This document shows positions 9,738 through 20,305 of a stretch of DNA of 52,202 nucleotides, piece after piece. Both the position numbers and the translations under genes were made by a program. The notes under the pieces are model-generated. The model was given only the letters and a program-made list of their open reading frames with translations. It had not been told where the DNA came from and did no database searches. Positions within the stretch are counted from its first letter, which is position 1. Each line of letters begins with the position of its first letter. Where the stretch lies: the NCBI GenBank assembly GCA_902779615.1, contig CACZCM010000002.1:1-52202 (forward strand), in the 5' to 3' direction. The DNA comes from an uncultured Ruminococcus sp. (GTDB lineage Bacteria; Bacillota; Clostridia; Oscillospirales; Acutalibacteraceae).

Positions 9738-11696
9738 TCACCTAAGTGTGCTGCCTGCGGGAACGTCGTCAACCATGATAACCTTGATATCGCCGTTAGG
9801 ACAATCTGCCGAAAGTATCATGCCGTTGCTCTCTACTCCGCATAATTTCGCAGGCGCAAGATTCGATACAACGATAAGCGTGTGCCCGATAAGCTCCTCG
9901 GGCTTATAGTACTGCGCTATTCCCGATACTACCGTGCGGTCATTTGTGCCATCGTTCAGCGTGAATTTCAATAGCTTCTTTGAACGCTTGATGTTTTCGC
10001 ACGAAACGACTTTCATTGTTGTAAGCTGTACCTTTGCAAAATCATCTATACCAATGATCGCCACGCCCTCGGGCTTTTTTCCCTCGTGGTGCTCGGGCTT
10101 TTTCTCCTCGGTCTTGGGTGCGCTGCTCTTGAGTATTTCGTTCAATGCATCGATCTCTTTTTCAATGTCTATCCTCGGGAAGAGAGCAGCGCCTTTCTTT
10201 ACGGTAACGTTAAGCGGAAGAACGCCGAATCTTTCTGCGTTATCGTAGGAAGCCTCTTCGGCGCTTGCTCCGATCTGTTCGAATACCTTCGGCATTGTTG
10301 CAGGCATGAACGCAGATAAAAGCGTAGAAACGATACGGATAGTTTCAAGCAGGTTATAGAGCACGCTTGAAAGTCTTGCCTTCTTCGTTTCGTCCTTGCC
10401 GAGAACCCAGGGCATTGTTTCGTCTATATATTTGTTGGCACGGGAAACAACGCTGAATATTTCGATAAGGGCTTTGTTAATCTGAGTCAGATCGATATAC
10501 TCATCGACTTTTTCACGAAGTGCGCATGCTTCGGTGATAAGCTCGTCGTCAAAGTCGCCGTGTTCTCTGTCCTCGGGGAGAGTGCCGCCGAAATATTTGT
10601 CGACCATCGCCACTGTTCTCGATACAAGGTTGCCCAGTCCGTTTGCAAGATCGGTATTGATGCGCTTTATCATTATCTCGTTCGAGAAGTCACTGTCTGC
10701 GCCGAGCGCCATTTCTCTGAGAATATGGTAGCGGATCGCGTCTGCGCCGTAACGTTCGCCAAGAATAAACGGATCAACAACGTTGCCGAGAGATTTGCTC
10801 ATTTTAACGCCGTTGAAGGTGATCCAGCCGTGAACCGCCAGATGCTTCGGCAAGGGCTGATCCAATGCCATGAGGATAGCAGGCCAAGTGATAGCATGGA
10901 ATCTCATGATATCCTTTGCGACCATGTGCACGTCGGCAGGCCAGAATTTATCGTAATCGTCAAATGTTTCGTTATCGTAGCCCAGAGCAGAGATATAGTT
11001 TGAAAGCGCGTCTACCCAGACATACACAACATGATCGCTGTCAAACGGCACGGGAATGCCCCATTTGAATGAGTTGCGGGATACGCAGAGATCCTCAAGC
11101 CCGGGTTTGATAAAGTTGTTCACAAGCTCCAGCGCGCGGGTCTTCGGACGAAGATAATCGGTTTCGGTGAGGAGCTTTTCGAGCCTGTCGGCAAACGGCG
11201 CCATTTTCATGAAGTACGCCTCTTCCTTCGCCTGTTTTACGCTGCGGTGACACTCGGGGCAGCAGCCGTTTTCGTCAAGCTGACTGTCTGTCCAGAAGCT
11301 TTCGCAGGGAGTACAGTAGTTCCCGGAATATTCGCCCTTGTAGATATAGCCTTTGTCATAGAGCGCTTTGAATATTTTCTGAACCGATTCAACGTGATAG
11401 TCGTCTGTTGTTCTGATATAACGGTCATAGTCAATGTTCATGTATTTCCAGAGCTTTTTGAAGACCTCGACTATTTCGTCAACATACTGCTTCGGAGTAA
11501 CGCCCTTTGCTTTTGCGTTTTGTTCGATCTTCTGACCATGTTCGTCGGTGCCTGTCAGGAACATTACGTCGTAGCCCTGCATTCGCTTATAGCGGGCGAT
11601 AGAATCGCACGCGACCGTTGTATAGCAATGCCCGATATGCGGATTGCCCGAGGGGTAATATATCGGGGTGGTAATATAGAATTTTCCCTTACTCAT
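9738..11696 (-). CDS. metG: Methionine--tRNA ligase with C-terminal tRNA-binding (EMAP/Trbp111-like) domain
   Basis: ATG 11696 after AAAGGAAAG. MSKGKFYITTPIYYPSGNPHIGH (HIGH), CPECH zinc knuckle, KMSKS. The first 35 codons of the tracked ORF are upstream of the RBS. Confidence 0.95.
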   Translation of the reverse strand: MSKGKFYITTPIYYPSGNPHIGHCYTTVACDSIARYKRMQGYDVMFLTGTDEHGQKIEQNAKAKGVTPKQYVDEIVEVFKKLWKYMNIDYDRYIRTTDDYHVESVQKIFKALYDKGYIYKGEYSGNYCTPCESFWTDSQLDENGCCPECHRSVKQAKEEAYFMKMAPFADRLEKLLTETDYLRPKTRALELVNNFIKPGLEDLCVSRNSFKWGIPVPFDSDHVVYVWVDALSNYISALGYDNETFDDYDKFWPADVHMVAKDIMRFHAITWPAILMALDQPLPKHLAVHGWITFNGVKMSKSLGNVVDPFILGERYGADAIRYHILREMALGADSDFSNEIMIKRINTDLANGLGNLVSRTVAMVDKYFGGTLPEDREHGDFDDELITEACALREKVDEYIDLTQINKALIEIFSVVSRANKYIDETMPWVLGKDETKKARLSSVLYNLLETIRIVSTLLSAFMPATMPKVFEQIGASAEEASYDNAERFGVLPLNVTVKKGAALFPRIDIEKEIDALNEILKSSAPKTEEKKPEHHEGKKPEGVAIIGIDDFAKVQLTTMKVVSCENIKRSKKLLKFTLNDGTNDRTVVSGIAQYYKPEELIGHTLIVVSNLAPAKLCGVESNGMILSADCPNGDIKVIMVDDVPAGSTLR

Positions 11697-11918
11697 ATTA
11701 TCTTTCCTTTCGCAGAAAATGAAAGTCTGCCGCGCTTCGATCGGTGAATGAAGCGCAGCGAACTTACCTACAATTTTATCACGTATTAACGAATATTTCA
11801 AGTAGTGGTGAGAAAATATCCGTGGAAATCAATTCGGCGCGGGCAGCAAGTATGTCAGCGGGATCTGTCCGCGCCAATATTAACAATTTGTAAAAATCAA
11901 TATTGCACTTGAAGAAAT

Positions 11919-11947
11919 GTGAGGATTGTGGTATCATATAATGTGAG
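11919..11947 (+). promoter_or_regulatory. SigA-type promoter for miaB (extended -10)
   Basis: TTGAAG (11919-11924), 17 nt, TGgTATCAT (11939-11947). Confidence 0.5.
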
Positions 11948-11989
11948 TACATATTGTTAAGCAGCGTCTGAGCATTAGGAGTTGATATA

Positions 11990-13405
11990 TTGGCGATCAA
12001 TTTTGAGTACAAACAATTCAGCGATGACAATAATTATTTACATTTGTGCGCCGAGGTGATGGCGGTCCGCGCCCGAGGGGATATCCCCATGGCGTGCATA
12101 CGTACATACGGCTGTCAGCAAAATGTTGCGGACAGCGAAAAGATAAAGGGTATGCTTTCGCAGATGGGCTTTGGCTTTACGGAGGAGGCGGAGGACGCCG
12201 ACTTTATTCTTTTCAATACCTGCGCCGTCAGAGAACACGCCGAAGACAGAGTGTTCGGCAATGTCGGCGCGTTGAAAAATATAAAGCGCCGTCACCCGTC
12301 AGTGGTTATAGGGCTGTGCGGCTGCATGATGGAGCAGGAACACGTGACGGATCGCCTGTACAAGAGCTTTCCGTTTGTGAATCTTGTTTTCGGCACGCAT
12401 TCTCTTCATAAATTCCCGGAGCTTTTCTACAATACCGTGACATACGGCGGCAGAGTGTACGAAACCGGCGTTGACGATAAAACGGTGTATGAGGGTATCC
12501 CCACACGCCGCGACGGTACGTTTAAAGGCTGGCTGCCGATAATGTATGGATGCAATAATTTCTGCACATACTGTATAGTGCCCTACACAAGGGGAAGGGA
12601 GCGCAGCCGTAAATTTGAAGACGTCGTAAACGAGGCTCGCGAGATGATAAACAGCGGGTACAAGGAGATCACGCTTCTCGGTCAGAATGTAAATTCCTAC
12701 GGAAAAAATTTGGAGGAGCGTCATACATTCGCCGAGCTGCTGGCGGAGATCGATAAAACAGACGGCGACTATATCCTGCGCTTCATGACCTCGCACCCGA
12801 AGGACTGCTCCAAAGAACTGATAGATGTGATCGCGGACAGCAGGCATATCTCAAGCCATCTTCATCTGCCGTTCCAATCCGGTTCGAACCGCGTTTTGAA
12901 GGCGATGAACCGCAGCTATACAAGAGAGAAATATCTTGATATAATAAACTATGCTAAAGAGCGCATACCCGACTTATCGCTTACATCTGACGTTATAGTG
13001 GGCTTCCCGGGCGAAACGTATGAGGAGTTTTTGGAAACAGTATCACTTGTAAAAGAAGTGGAATTTACATCGCTGTTTACGTTCATTTATTCTCCGAGAA
13101 AGGGCACGCCCGCAGCAAAAATGGACGACCCTTATACTCACAAAGAAAAGTCGCAGTGGTTCTCACAGCTTCTGAAGGTTCAGGAGGAGATAGCCGCAGC
13201 GAGATGTGCGTCGATGGTGGGGAAGACGGTGCGGGTGCTTGTTGAGGGCAAGACCGACAAGGACGGCGTGCTTACCTCTCGGACAAGCGGAAATATAATT
13301 GTGGATTTCCCGGGCGACGAATCGCTTGTGGGGAATTTTGCGAATGTAAAGATCACCAATGCCCGCAACTGGATCTTAAACGGCGAACTGACACAAGGAG
13401 AGTGA
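11990..13405 (+). CDS. miaB: tRNA-2-methylthio-N6-dimethylallyladenosine synthase (radical SAM methylthiotransferase)
   Basis: TTG start 9 nt after AGGAG. TYGCQQNVADSE, radical-SAM CNNFCTYCIVP, C-terminal TRAM-like domain. Confidence 0.9.
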   Translation: MAINFEYKQFSDDNNYLHLCAEVMAVRARGDIPMACIRTYGCQQNVADSEKIKGMLSQMGFGFTEEAEDADFILFNTCAVREHAEDRVFGNVGALKNIKRRHPSVVIGLCGCMMEQEHVTDRLYKSFPFVNLVFGTHSLHKFPELFYNTVTYGGRVYETGVDDKTVYEGIPTRRDGTFKGWLPIMYGCNNFCTYCIVPYTRGRERSRKFEDVVNEAREMINSGYKEITLLGQNVNSYGKNLEERHTFAELLAEIDKTDGDYILRFMTSHPKDCSKELIDVIADSRHISSHLHLPFQSGSNRVLKAMNRSYTREKYLDIINYAKERIPDLSLTSDVIVGFPGETYEEFLETVSLVKEVEFTSLFTFIYSPRKGTPAAKMDDPYTHKEKSQWFSQLLKVQEEIAAARCASMVGKTVRVLVEGKTDKDGVLTSRTSGNIIVDFPGDESLVGNFANVKITNARNWILNGELTQGE

Positions 13406-13409
13406 AACG

Positions 13410-13814
13410 ATGGATCTGATCGAGCTTGCACGAAACTTAGGCGCTGCGCTGCAGCAGGACGAGGCATATATCAATATGAGAACAGCCGAGCAGATAAGCG
13501 AGGAGGACAAAGAGCTTTCGCAGCTTATGGAGGATTACAACACAAAGCGTATGGCGATCAATTATGAGGCGTCAAAAGCGGACAGGGACGACGAAAAAAT
13601 GCAGTTGCTCAATAAAGAGATGCGTTCGCTTTATGCAAAGATCATGCAGAACTCGCATATGAAGGATTATAACGCCGCAAAGTCGAAGTTCGATACGAAG
13701 CTTCAGGCGGTTTTGGGGATCATTCAGAACAGCGCGATGGGCGATGATCCGTATACCACAGATCCGGTAAGCGGCTGCACAGGGTCGTGCTCAACGTGCG
13801 GGGGCTGCGGATAA
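13410..13814 (+). CDS. YlbF/YmcA-family regulatory protein with C-terminal Cys cluster
   Basis: 134 aa. Helical N-terminal region similar to YlbF (UPF0342). Ends GCTGSCSTCGGCG. Confidence 0.6.
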   Translation: MDLIELARNLGAALQQDEAYINMRTAEQISEEDKELSQLMEDYNTKRMAINYEASKADRDDEKMQLLNKEMRSLYAKIMQNSHMKDYNAAKSKFDTKLQAVLGIIQNSAMGDDPYTTDPVSGCTGSCSTCGGCG

Positions 13815-13901
13815 GGGAGGACTTATCCGCTGTATCTGTTTTGCAGCGGTACAAAGCAAGTGAAATTCGGCGGTGCTGCGCCGTCGAGCGGAGGGAAGAA
13901 T

Positions 13902-16508
13902 ATGGCAGAGTTATCTCCTATGATGAAGCAGTATTTTGCTATCAAGGAGCAGAACAAAGACAGTATATTATTTTTCAGATTGGGCGATTTCTACGAAATG
14001 TTCTTTGACGATGCGATCCTTGCGTCAAGGGAGCTGGAGCTGACGCTGACGGGACGTGACTGCGGACAGGAACAGCGCGCGCCTATGTGCGGAGTTCCGT
14101 TTCACAGTTACGAGCAGTACGCCGCAAAGCTGGTGGCGAAGGGCTATAAGGTCGCTATATGCGAGCAGACCGAAGACCCCGCAGCGGCGAAGGGGATAGT
14201 TCGCCGAGAAATAATACGCATTATAACTCCCGGAACAGTTATGGAAGATTCCATGCTGGACGAAACAAAAAACAATTTTATCTGCTCGGCTTATGTGGAA
14301 GGTGAAACTGCATATTCCGCATTCTGCGATATTTCTACAGGCGAACTCTACTGCGCGGCTCTCGATCTTGATAATGAGTGCCGCCGCTTCAAAAGCGAGC
14401 TTTCGGTCTATTCTCCGCCGGAAATGCTTATCGGCGGTCTGGTGGAGAAAATAACGCCTATTATCCCCTTCCTTAAAGATAAGCTGAAAACCTCGGTCGA
14501 GATGCTTGAGGACGAGTATTTTGATCTTGCTGCCTGCGCAGAGTCGGTCAAAAAGCAATTTGGCGCAAGTCAGTATGATATGCTGTCAGAGCATAATACG
14601 GCGGGCTGCGTGCGGTCGGTAGGCGGACTTTTGAAGTACCTCAAGGAAACTCAGAAAACCGGTCTTGAACGGATACGCCGAATTGAATTATACAGCGAAA
14701 ACCGTTCAATGCAGCTCGACTACAATACAAAGCGGAATCTCGAACTGACGGAAACCATACTTTCCAAAGAGAAAAAGGGTTCGCTTTTGTGGGTGCTTGA
14801 CAATACTAAAACCGCAATGGGCAAGCGGCTTATACGAAGATATATCGAGCAGCCTCTGATGAGTGTTGCGGCGATAATCAGACGGCAGAATGCGGTGGAG
14901 GAGCTTGTGAATGACGCAATGCTCCGAGGAGAATCGGCGCAGTCGATGTCGGGAATACCCGATATCGAGAGATTGATGACAAAAATCGTTTACGGTTCCG
15001 CAAATGCCCGCGACCTGAGGGGACTTTGCGCAGCGCTTGAAAAGCTCCCTGCGGTCAAAGAGAATCTTTCGGGCGTAATGTCTACCGAGCTGAAAAGGAT
15101 CTATGACGATCTGGATCTTTGTGATGACATACATGATCTTATCGAAAACGCGATAGATGAAGATCCGCCGTTTTCGGTGCGAGAGGGCGGCATGATAAAA
15201 CGTGGGTTCAGCAGCGATCTCGATGTGCTGCGGCATGATATGAACGATTCGACCGGCGTGCTGACGGGTATGGAACAGCAGCAGCGGGAAGCTACCGGGA
15301 TCCCCAAGCTGAAAATAGGCTACAACCGTGTTTTCGGCTACTATATCGAGGTGTCCAATTCATATAAAAAGCAGGTGCCGGATACTTTCATACGCAAACA
15401 GACGCTTGCGAACTGCGAACGCTACATAACGCCCGAACTAAAAGCTCTTGAAGGCAGGATATTAGGCGCAAAGGACAGGGCGTCAACGCTTGAGTATCAG
15501 CTTTTTACGCAGGTGCGTGAAAAGGTCGCGGCGGCGCTCGAGAGGATCACGTCCTCGGCAAAGGCGGTCGCAAGACTTGACGTATTTCAGAGCTTTGCGC
15601 AGACTGCCGCCGATATGCGCTACTGCCGCCCGGAAATAAACGATACCGGAGAGATCATCATCAAAAACGGTCGTCATCCGGTGGTGGAGAAGCTTCTGAG
15701 CGATGTTCCGTTTGTTGCGAATGATGTTCATCTTGACAACGGAAAGAATAGGGCGGCTATTATTACTGGCCCGAATATGGCCGGAAAATCTACATATATG
15801 AGACAGACGGCGCTGATCGTTATTATGGCGCATATCGGGTCGTTCGTTCCTGCGGAGTATGCATCGGTGTCGGTGACGGACGCTGTATATACTAGAGTAG
15901 GAGCAAGCGACGACCTTGCAAACGGCAGATCGACGTTTATGGTCGAGATGAATGAGGTCGCAGAAATACTAAAGCACGCTACCTCGCGCAGTCTGCTGAT
16001 CCTTGACGAGATCGGCCGGGGCACTTCAACGTTTGACGGAATGAGCATTGCAAGAGCCGTTCTGGAATATGCGGTGGACAGAAAAAGGGTAGGTGCAAGG
16101 ACACTTTTCGCAACGCACTACCATGAATTGACGGCGCTTGAGAGTATGATAGACGGCGTAAAAAATTACAATATCGCCGTGAAGAAGCGCGGCGATGATA
16201 TCACCTTTTTAAGGCGTATCGTGCCCGGAGGTGCAGACGACAGCTACGGCATTGAGGTAGCAAAGCTTGCGGGGCTGCCCGATGAGGTGATATCACGCGC
16301 GAAGGTGATATTGAAGGAGCTGGAGCAGGGGAAGAAGACGAAGCGCCCGAAGGAGCCGAAGCGGGACGTTCTCGAAACGCAGCAGATGACGCTTTTGCCT
16401 GCGGTCGGCTCGCAGCTGGAGGAGTATATACGCAGCATTGACGTGAACACACTGACCCCGGTGGAGGCGCTGAACAAGCTGTATGAACTAAAAAATATGT
16501 GTGAATGA
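13902..16508 (+). CDS. mutS: DNA mismatch repair protein MutS
   Basis: ATG 13902 after GGAGGG. MAELSPMMKQYFAIKEQ, GDFYEMFFDDA, Walker A GPNMAGKST, LILDEIGRGTST. Confidence 0.95.
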   Translation: MAELSPMMKQYFAIKEQNKDSILFFRLGDFYEMFFDDAILASRELELTLTGRDCGQEQRAPMCGVPFHSYEQYAAKLVAKGYKVAICEQTEDPAAAKGIVRREIIRIITPGTVMEDSMLDETKNNFICSAYVEGETAYSAFCDISTGELYCAALDLDNECRRFKSELSVYSPPEMLIGGLVEKITPIIPFLKDKLKTSVEMLEDEYFDLAACAESVKKQFGASQYDMLSEHNTAGCVRSVGGLLKYLKETQKTGLERIRRIELYSENRSMQLDYNTKRNLELTETILSKEKKGSLLWVLDNTKTAMGKRLIRRYIEQPLMSVAAIIRRQNAVEELVNDAMLRGESAQSMSGIPDIERLMTKIVYGSANARDLRGLCAALEKLPAVKENLSGVMSTELKRIYDDLDLCDDIHDLIENAIDEDPPFSVREGGMIKRGFSSDLDVLRHDMNDSTGVLTGMEQQQREATGIPKLKIGYNRVFGYYIEVSNSYKKQVPDTFIRKQTLANCERYITPELKALEGRILGAKDRASTLEYQLFTQVREKVAAALERITSSAKAVARLDVFQSFAQTAADMRYCRPEINDTGEIIIKNGRHPVVEKLLSDVPFVANDVHLDNGKNRAAIITGPNMAGKSTYMRQTALIVIMAHIGSFVPAEYASVSVTDAVYTRVGASDDLANGRSTFMVEMNEVAEILKHATSRSLLILDEIGRGTSTFDGMSIARAVLEYAVDRKRVGARTLFATHYHELTALESMIDGVKNYNIAVKKRGDDITFLRRIVPGGADDSYGIEVAKLAGLPDEVISRAKVILKELEQGKKTKRPKEPKRDVLETQQMTLLPAVGSQLEEYIRSIDVNTLTPVEALNKLYELKNMCE

Positions 16509-16520
16509 CAGGTGAATGAT

Positions 16521-17051
16521 ATGATAACGAATCAATACATTGTCACGAAAAAGCTTTACATGGACTGGGCTGCCGAAGACAGGAAGAAGGGATTGTCGCT
16601 GAAGATCAATATTCTTTGGGCAGTCATTCTGGTTATACTTATCGCAGCCACGGTCGTATACATGAGAATGAGATCTGAAGGAAACGGAGATATGTCGCTG
16701 CTGCTTGTGCTGGAGGGCGCGCTGCTGGTGTTCACGGTGTATCAGCTGTTTTTCAGAGGCAAGTCTTCCGCAGGCGCAATGTACGACAAGATCGCAGCGC
16801 AGCTCGGACATGACTGGACGAGAACGATGCATTTCAAAAACGACGCTCTCTACATCAGTGAGGGCAGCTTTGAGATCAACTATCCGTACAGTGAGATAGT
16901 GTCGGTTAAGAATATCGGCAACGAGATCATGATCGAAACCGACAAAAAGCTTGTTCTTCACGCATATAAGGACAAGTTTATCGAAGGGGACTACAGCAGA
17001 TTCAAGAGATTTATCGAGAGTAAGGTAGTTAATAAATGCTTCCTTAACTGA
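16521..17051 (+). CDS. Hypothetical membrane protein (two TM helices plus C-terminal YcxB-like domain) inserted between mutS and mutL
   Basis: ATG 16521 after AGGTGA. ILWAVILVILIAATVVY and LLLVLEGALLVFTVYQLFF hydrophobic helices. Confidence 0.5.
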   Translation: MITNQYIVTKKLYMDWAAEDRKKGLSLKINILWAVILVILIAATVVYMRMRSEGNGDMSLLLVLEGALLVFTVYQLFFRGKSSAGAMYDKIAAQLGHDWTRTMHFKNDALYISEGSFEINYPYSEIVSVKNIGNEIMIETDKKLVLHAYKDKFIEGDYSRFKRFIESKVVNKCFLN

Positions 17052-17086
17052 GTGACTAAAGCTGAAATGAAAGAGGGGTGACGAAA

Positions 17087-19201
17087 TTGGGCAGAATAAA
17101 TGTTCTTGATAAGCACATAGCGGAGCTTATCGCAGCGGGCGAGGTCGTTGAGCGGCCGAGCTCGGTCATTAAGGAGCTTGTTGAAAACTCGATCGATTCT
17201 GGCGCAACGGCTATTACAGTCGAAATACAGGACGGCGGTATATCTATGCTCAGAGTGACCGACAACGGGTGCGGCATTATGCGGGAGGACATACGAAACG
17301 CCTTCAAGCGTCACGCCACAAGCAAGGTGCGCGAAAAAGAAGACCTTGAATCGATCGGCACATTGGGCTTCAGAGGAGAAGCGCTGGCGTCGATCTGCGC
17401 GGTGGCGAAGGTGGAGCTGCTCACACGAGCGAACAACGAGGACATAGGCACGCACTACATGATCGAGGGCGGCGACGAGGTCCTCATGGAAGACTCGGGC
17501 TGCCCGGGCGGGACTACGTTTATTGTCAGAAATATTTTTTACAATGTTCCGGCACGAATGAAATTCCTCAAGAAGAACACCTCGGAATCGACCGCAGCTG
17601 CGGCTGTTGTTGACAAGATCGCTTTGTCGCACCCGGATATTGCGTTTACGTTTATTCGCGATCACAGACAGACGCTGACAACGGCGGGTGACGGCGTTGA
17701 AAAGAACTGTATATATTCCGTGTTGGGGCGGGAGTTTGCAGTGAACGCCGTGCCTGTAAAGTACGAACTCGGAGATATCAGAGTGACCGGGTATGTCACA
17801 AAGCCTCAGGCTGCAAGGGCGAGCCGCGCGCTGCAGAACTTCTTCATCAACGGCAGATTTGTCAAAAGCAGAACGGCTATGGCAGCTGTTGAGGAAGCGT
17901 GCAAGGGAATGGTCATGGTCGGAAAATTCCCCGGGTGCGTTCTTCACATCGAGATGCCGTATGAGCTTGTTGACGTAAACGTTCACCCCGCCAAGATCGA
18001 GGTGCGTTTTGTGAACGAACGGCCTGTGTTTGAGGCAGTGTACCATGCGGTGAGGACTTCGCTGATAGACGGCGATACGATCAAGGAATTCAAGCTCGAT
18101 CCGCAGGCGTCGTTTGATAAGCTGATCGATAAAAGCGTTGTAAAAAAGCCGTTCACGATGTCCCAGCATGAGGTGAACAGCATAAAAAATACGCCCGTTG
18201 TTCCGCCGTCAAAGCAAAACGAGAGACAGTCGATAGACGTATACAACAAACTGATCAGGGAGTCGCTGAGCGGCAGCGGACGGCTTGTTCTGGAGGATCC
18301 TCAGGCGGCGATGCGCACCGCAGCGCCAAACAATGCATTCATGTTCGGCGGTGCAGAGAATATGTCGCTTGATATCGAAGCCGACGAAGAGAGCGTCTAC
18401 GGAATAAAAAAATCGGGCGAGAAGGCGAAGATCGTTCGTGAGGAGGAAGCTTTGCCCGAGCCTGAAAGCGGCGGAAAGGACGATATGTCGTGCGATAATG
18501 CGTCGGAACAAAGCTTTGAAGCGAATGCCGAAAGCGAAACGGAAGCTGCAAAGGAAGGCTCGATCGATGTACCGACACACGAAGAAGTAGCGTCGGAAGA
18601 CACGCATTTCGAGCCGATCGTCGATGTGACGGGCGATTATGTGAGGTTTGTGGGCGAAGCGTTCAAAACATACATAATAATCGAGCGGAATCGGGAGCTT
18701 GTGATGATCGACAAGCACGCTCTTCATGAAAGAATAATTTACGAAAAGCTCAGGCGGGAGCAGGGAAAAAAGTATGCGCAGTACCTTCTTGAGCCTGCAG
18801 CGGTAACGCTTTCAAAGCCGCAGTATGACGGGATACTCTCAAAAAAGGATCTGATGTATGAGTCGGGCTTTGAGATCGAGGAGTTCGGCGGCAGCACGAT
18901 ACTTGTGCGGTCTGCGCCCTCGTTTATAGACGCATTTGACGTTGCGGCGACCGTTGAGGAAATGGCACAGCATATTCTTGATGACAAGAGCAATATCGAA
19001 AGCGAATATACCGATTGGCTTTACCACAATATTGCGTGCAGGAGCGCAATAAAGGGCGGCGACAAAAGCTCGCCCGAGGAGCTTATCGGGCTGTATCTCG
19101 AGATGGGCGAAGACCCGAACTACCGCTACTGCCCTCACGGCAGGCCGACCTCGATCGTTATGACGAAGTATTCGATCGAAAAACAATTTGGCAGGGTGTG
19201 A
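17087..19201 (+). CDS. mutL: DNA mismatch repair protein MutL
   Basis: TTG 17087 lies 8 nt after AGAGGGG (alternative GTG 17078). IAAGEVVERPSSVIKELVENSIDSGAT, GFRGEAL. Acidic variable linker. C-terminal endonuclease region with the ACRSAIKGG block. Confidence 0.9.
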   Translation: MGRINVLDKHIAELIAAGEVVERPSSVIKELVENSIDSGATAITVEIQDGGISMLRVTDNGCGIMREDIRNAFKRHATSKVREKEDLESIGTLGFRGEALASICAVAKVELLTRANNEDIGTHYMIEGGDEVLMEDSGCPGGTTFIVRNIFYNVPARMKFLKKNTSESTAAAAVVDKIALSHPDIAFTFIRDHRQTLTTAGDGVEKNCIYSVLGREFAVNAVPVKYELGDIRVTGYVTKPQAARASRALQNFFINGRFVKSRTAMAAVEEACKGMVMVGKFPGCVLHIEMPYELVDVNVHPAKIEVRFVNERPVFEAVYHAVRTSLIDGDTIKEFKLDPQASFDKLIDKSVVKKPFTMSQHEVNSIKNTPVVPPSKQNERQSIDVYNKLIRESLSGSGRLVLEDPQAAMRTAAPNNAFMFGGAENMSLDIEADEESVYGIKKSGEKAKIVREEEALPEPESGGKDDMSCDNASEQSFEANAESETEAAKEGSIDVPTHEEVASEDTHFEPIVDVTGDYVRFVGEAFKTYIIIERNRELVMIDKHALHERIIYEKLRREQGKKYAQYLLEPAAVTLSKPQYDGILSKKDLMYESGFEIEEFGGSTILVRSAPSFIDAFDVAATVEEMAQHILDDKSNIESEYTDWLYHNIACRSAIKGGDKSSPEELIGLYLEMGEDPNYRYCPHGRPTSIVMTKYSIEKQFGRV

Positions 19202-19205
19202 CCTC

Positions 19206-20156
19206 ATGAACGGCAAAAAAATAAAAATAGCGGCGGTGGTGGGACCGACAGCCTCGGGAAAAACAAGGCTTGGGATCACACTTGCGAAAAGGCTCGGCGG
19301 AGAGGTCGTCTCTGCGGATTCTATGCAGATCTACGAAGGAATGGATATCGGTTCCGCAAAGCCGACAGAGCAGGAAATGCAGGGAGTGCCGCACCATCTG
19401 ATCGGCGTTATCCCGAGAGATAAAAATTTCAGTGTGGCAATGTACACAGAGCTTGCGCATGAGAAGATAAAAGAAGCTGCGGCGAGAGGAAATGTGCCGA
19501 TAATAGTCGGGGGCACGGGGCTGTATGTGGATTCGCTCATCAATAACGTTAAGTTTACCGAATATGAGGTCGATGAGAAGCTGCGGCAGTCGCTTTTTGA
19601 GCGCGCAGAGAACGAATCTCCGATGTCGCTTTGGCAATGTCTTCGTGATATCGACCCGCAGTCGGCGGAAAAGATCGAGCCGAACAATATAAAGCGTGTC
19701 GTGCGGGCGCTCGAGATATATTATACGACAGGAATTACCATGACGGAACAGAATGCTCGCTCCAAAAGTGTGCCGTCGCCGTACAGCGCTGTGAAATTCG
19801 GATTGAAGACAGCCGATCGTGCAGTGCTCTACAATAGGATAAACGTCAGAGTTGACGAGATGATGAAGCTGGGGCTGCTTGATGAAGCAAGAAAGCTCAT
19901 CGAAGGCGGCGGACGATCGTCAACGGCGGCCAAAGCTATAGGCTGCAAGGAATTCATACCGTATTTTTTTGGTGAACAAACGCTTGAAGAGGCGGTCGAA
20001 ACGCTGAAAAGAGAAACGAGGCGGTATGCTAAACGGCAGCTGACGTGGTTCTTGAGGGATAAGGAGATACGCTGGTTCAATACGGACGAATACGGCAGCT
20101 TTAGCGAAATAGAGGACGAAGCCGAAGAGTGCCTGCGCAGTCATATTCGGCTATGA
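19206..20156 (+). CDS. miaA: tRNA dimethylallyltransferase
   Basis: ATG 19206. VVGPTASGKT P-loop, DSMQIYEGMDIGSAKPT, YAKRQLTWF. Confidence 0.9.
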   Translation: MNGKKIKIAAVVGPTASGKTRLGITLAKRLGGEVVSADSMQIYEGMDIGSAKPTEQEMQGVPHHLIGVIPRDKNFSVAMYTELAHEKIKEAAARGNVPIIVGGTGLYVDSLINNVKFTEYEVDEKLRQSLFERAENESPMSLWQCLRDIDPQSAEKIEPNNIKRVVRALEIYYTTGITMTEQNARSKSVPSPYSAVKFGLKTADRAVLYNRINVRVDEMMKLGLLDEARKLIEGGGRSSTAAKAIGCKEFIPYFFGEQTLEEAVETLKRETRRYAKRQLTWFLRDKEIRWFNTDEYGSFSEIEDEAEECLRSHIRL

Positions 20157-20305
20157 GCTGGCGGGAATGAATGCGGCAGTATACAGAGCCGATAGTTTTT
20201 ACTATTTATATAAACTAAGCACCGGGCTTATGCTACAAAGCCGGAATGGGAGCGGTCGGATCAGGAACTGCCGACAACATAACTTGCAGCATACGGAGGA
20301 CGTCT

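Noticed and set aside
16991-18169. 392-aa ORF antisense to mutL
   Set aside because: Antisense shadow ORF. His/Arg/Cys-rich, no start context. The sense strand encodes an unmistakable MutL.
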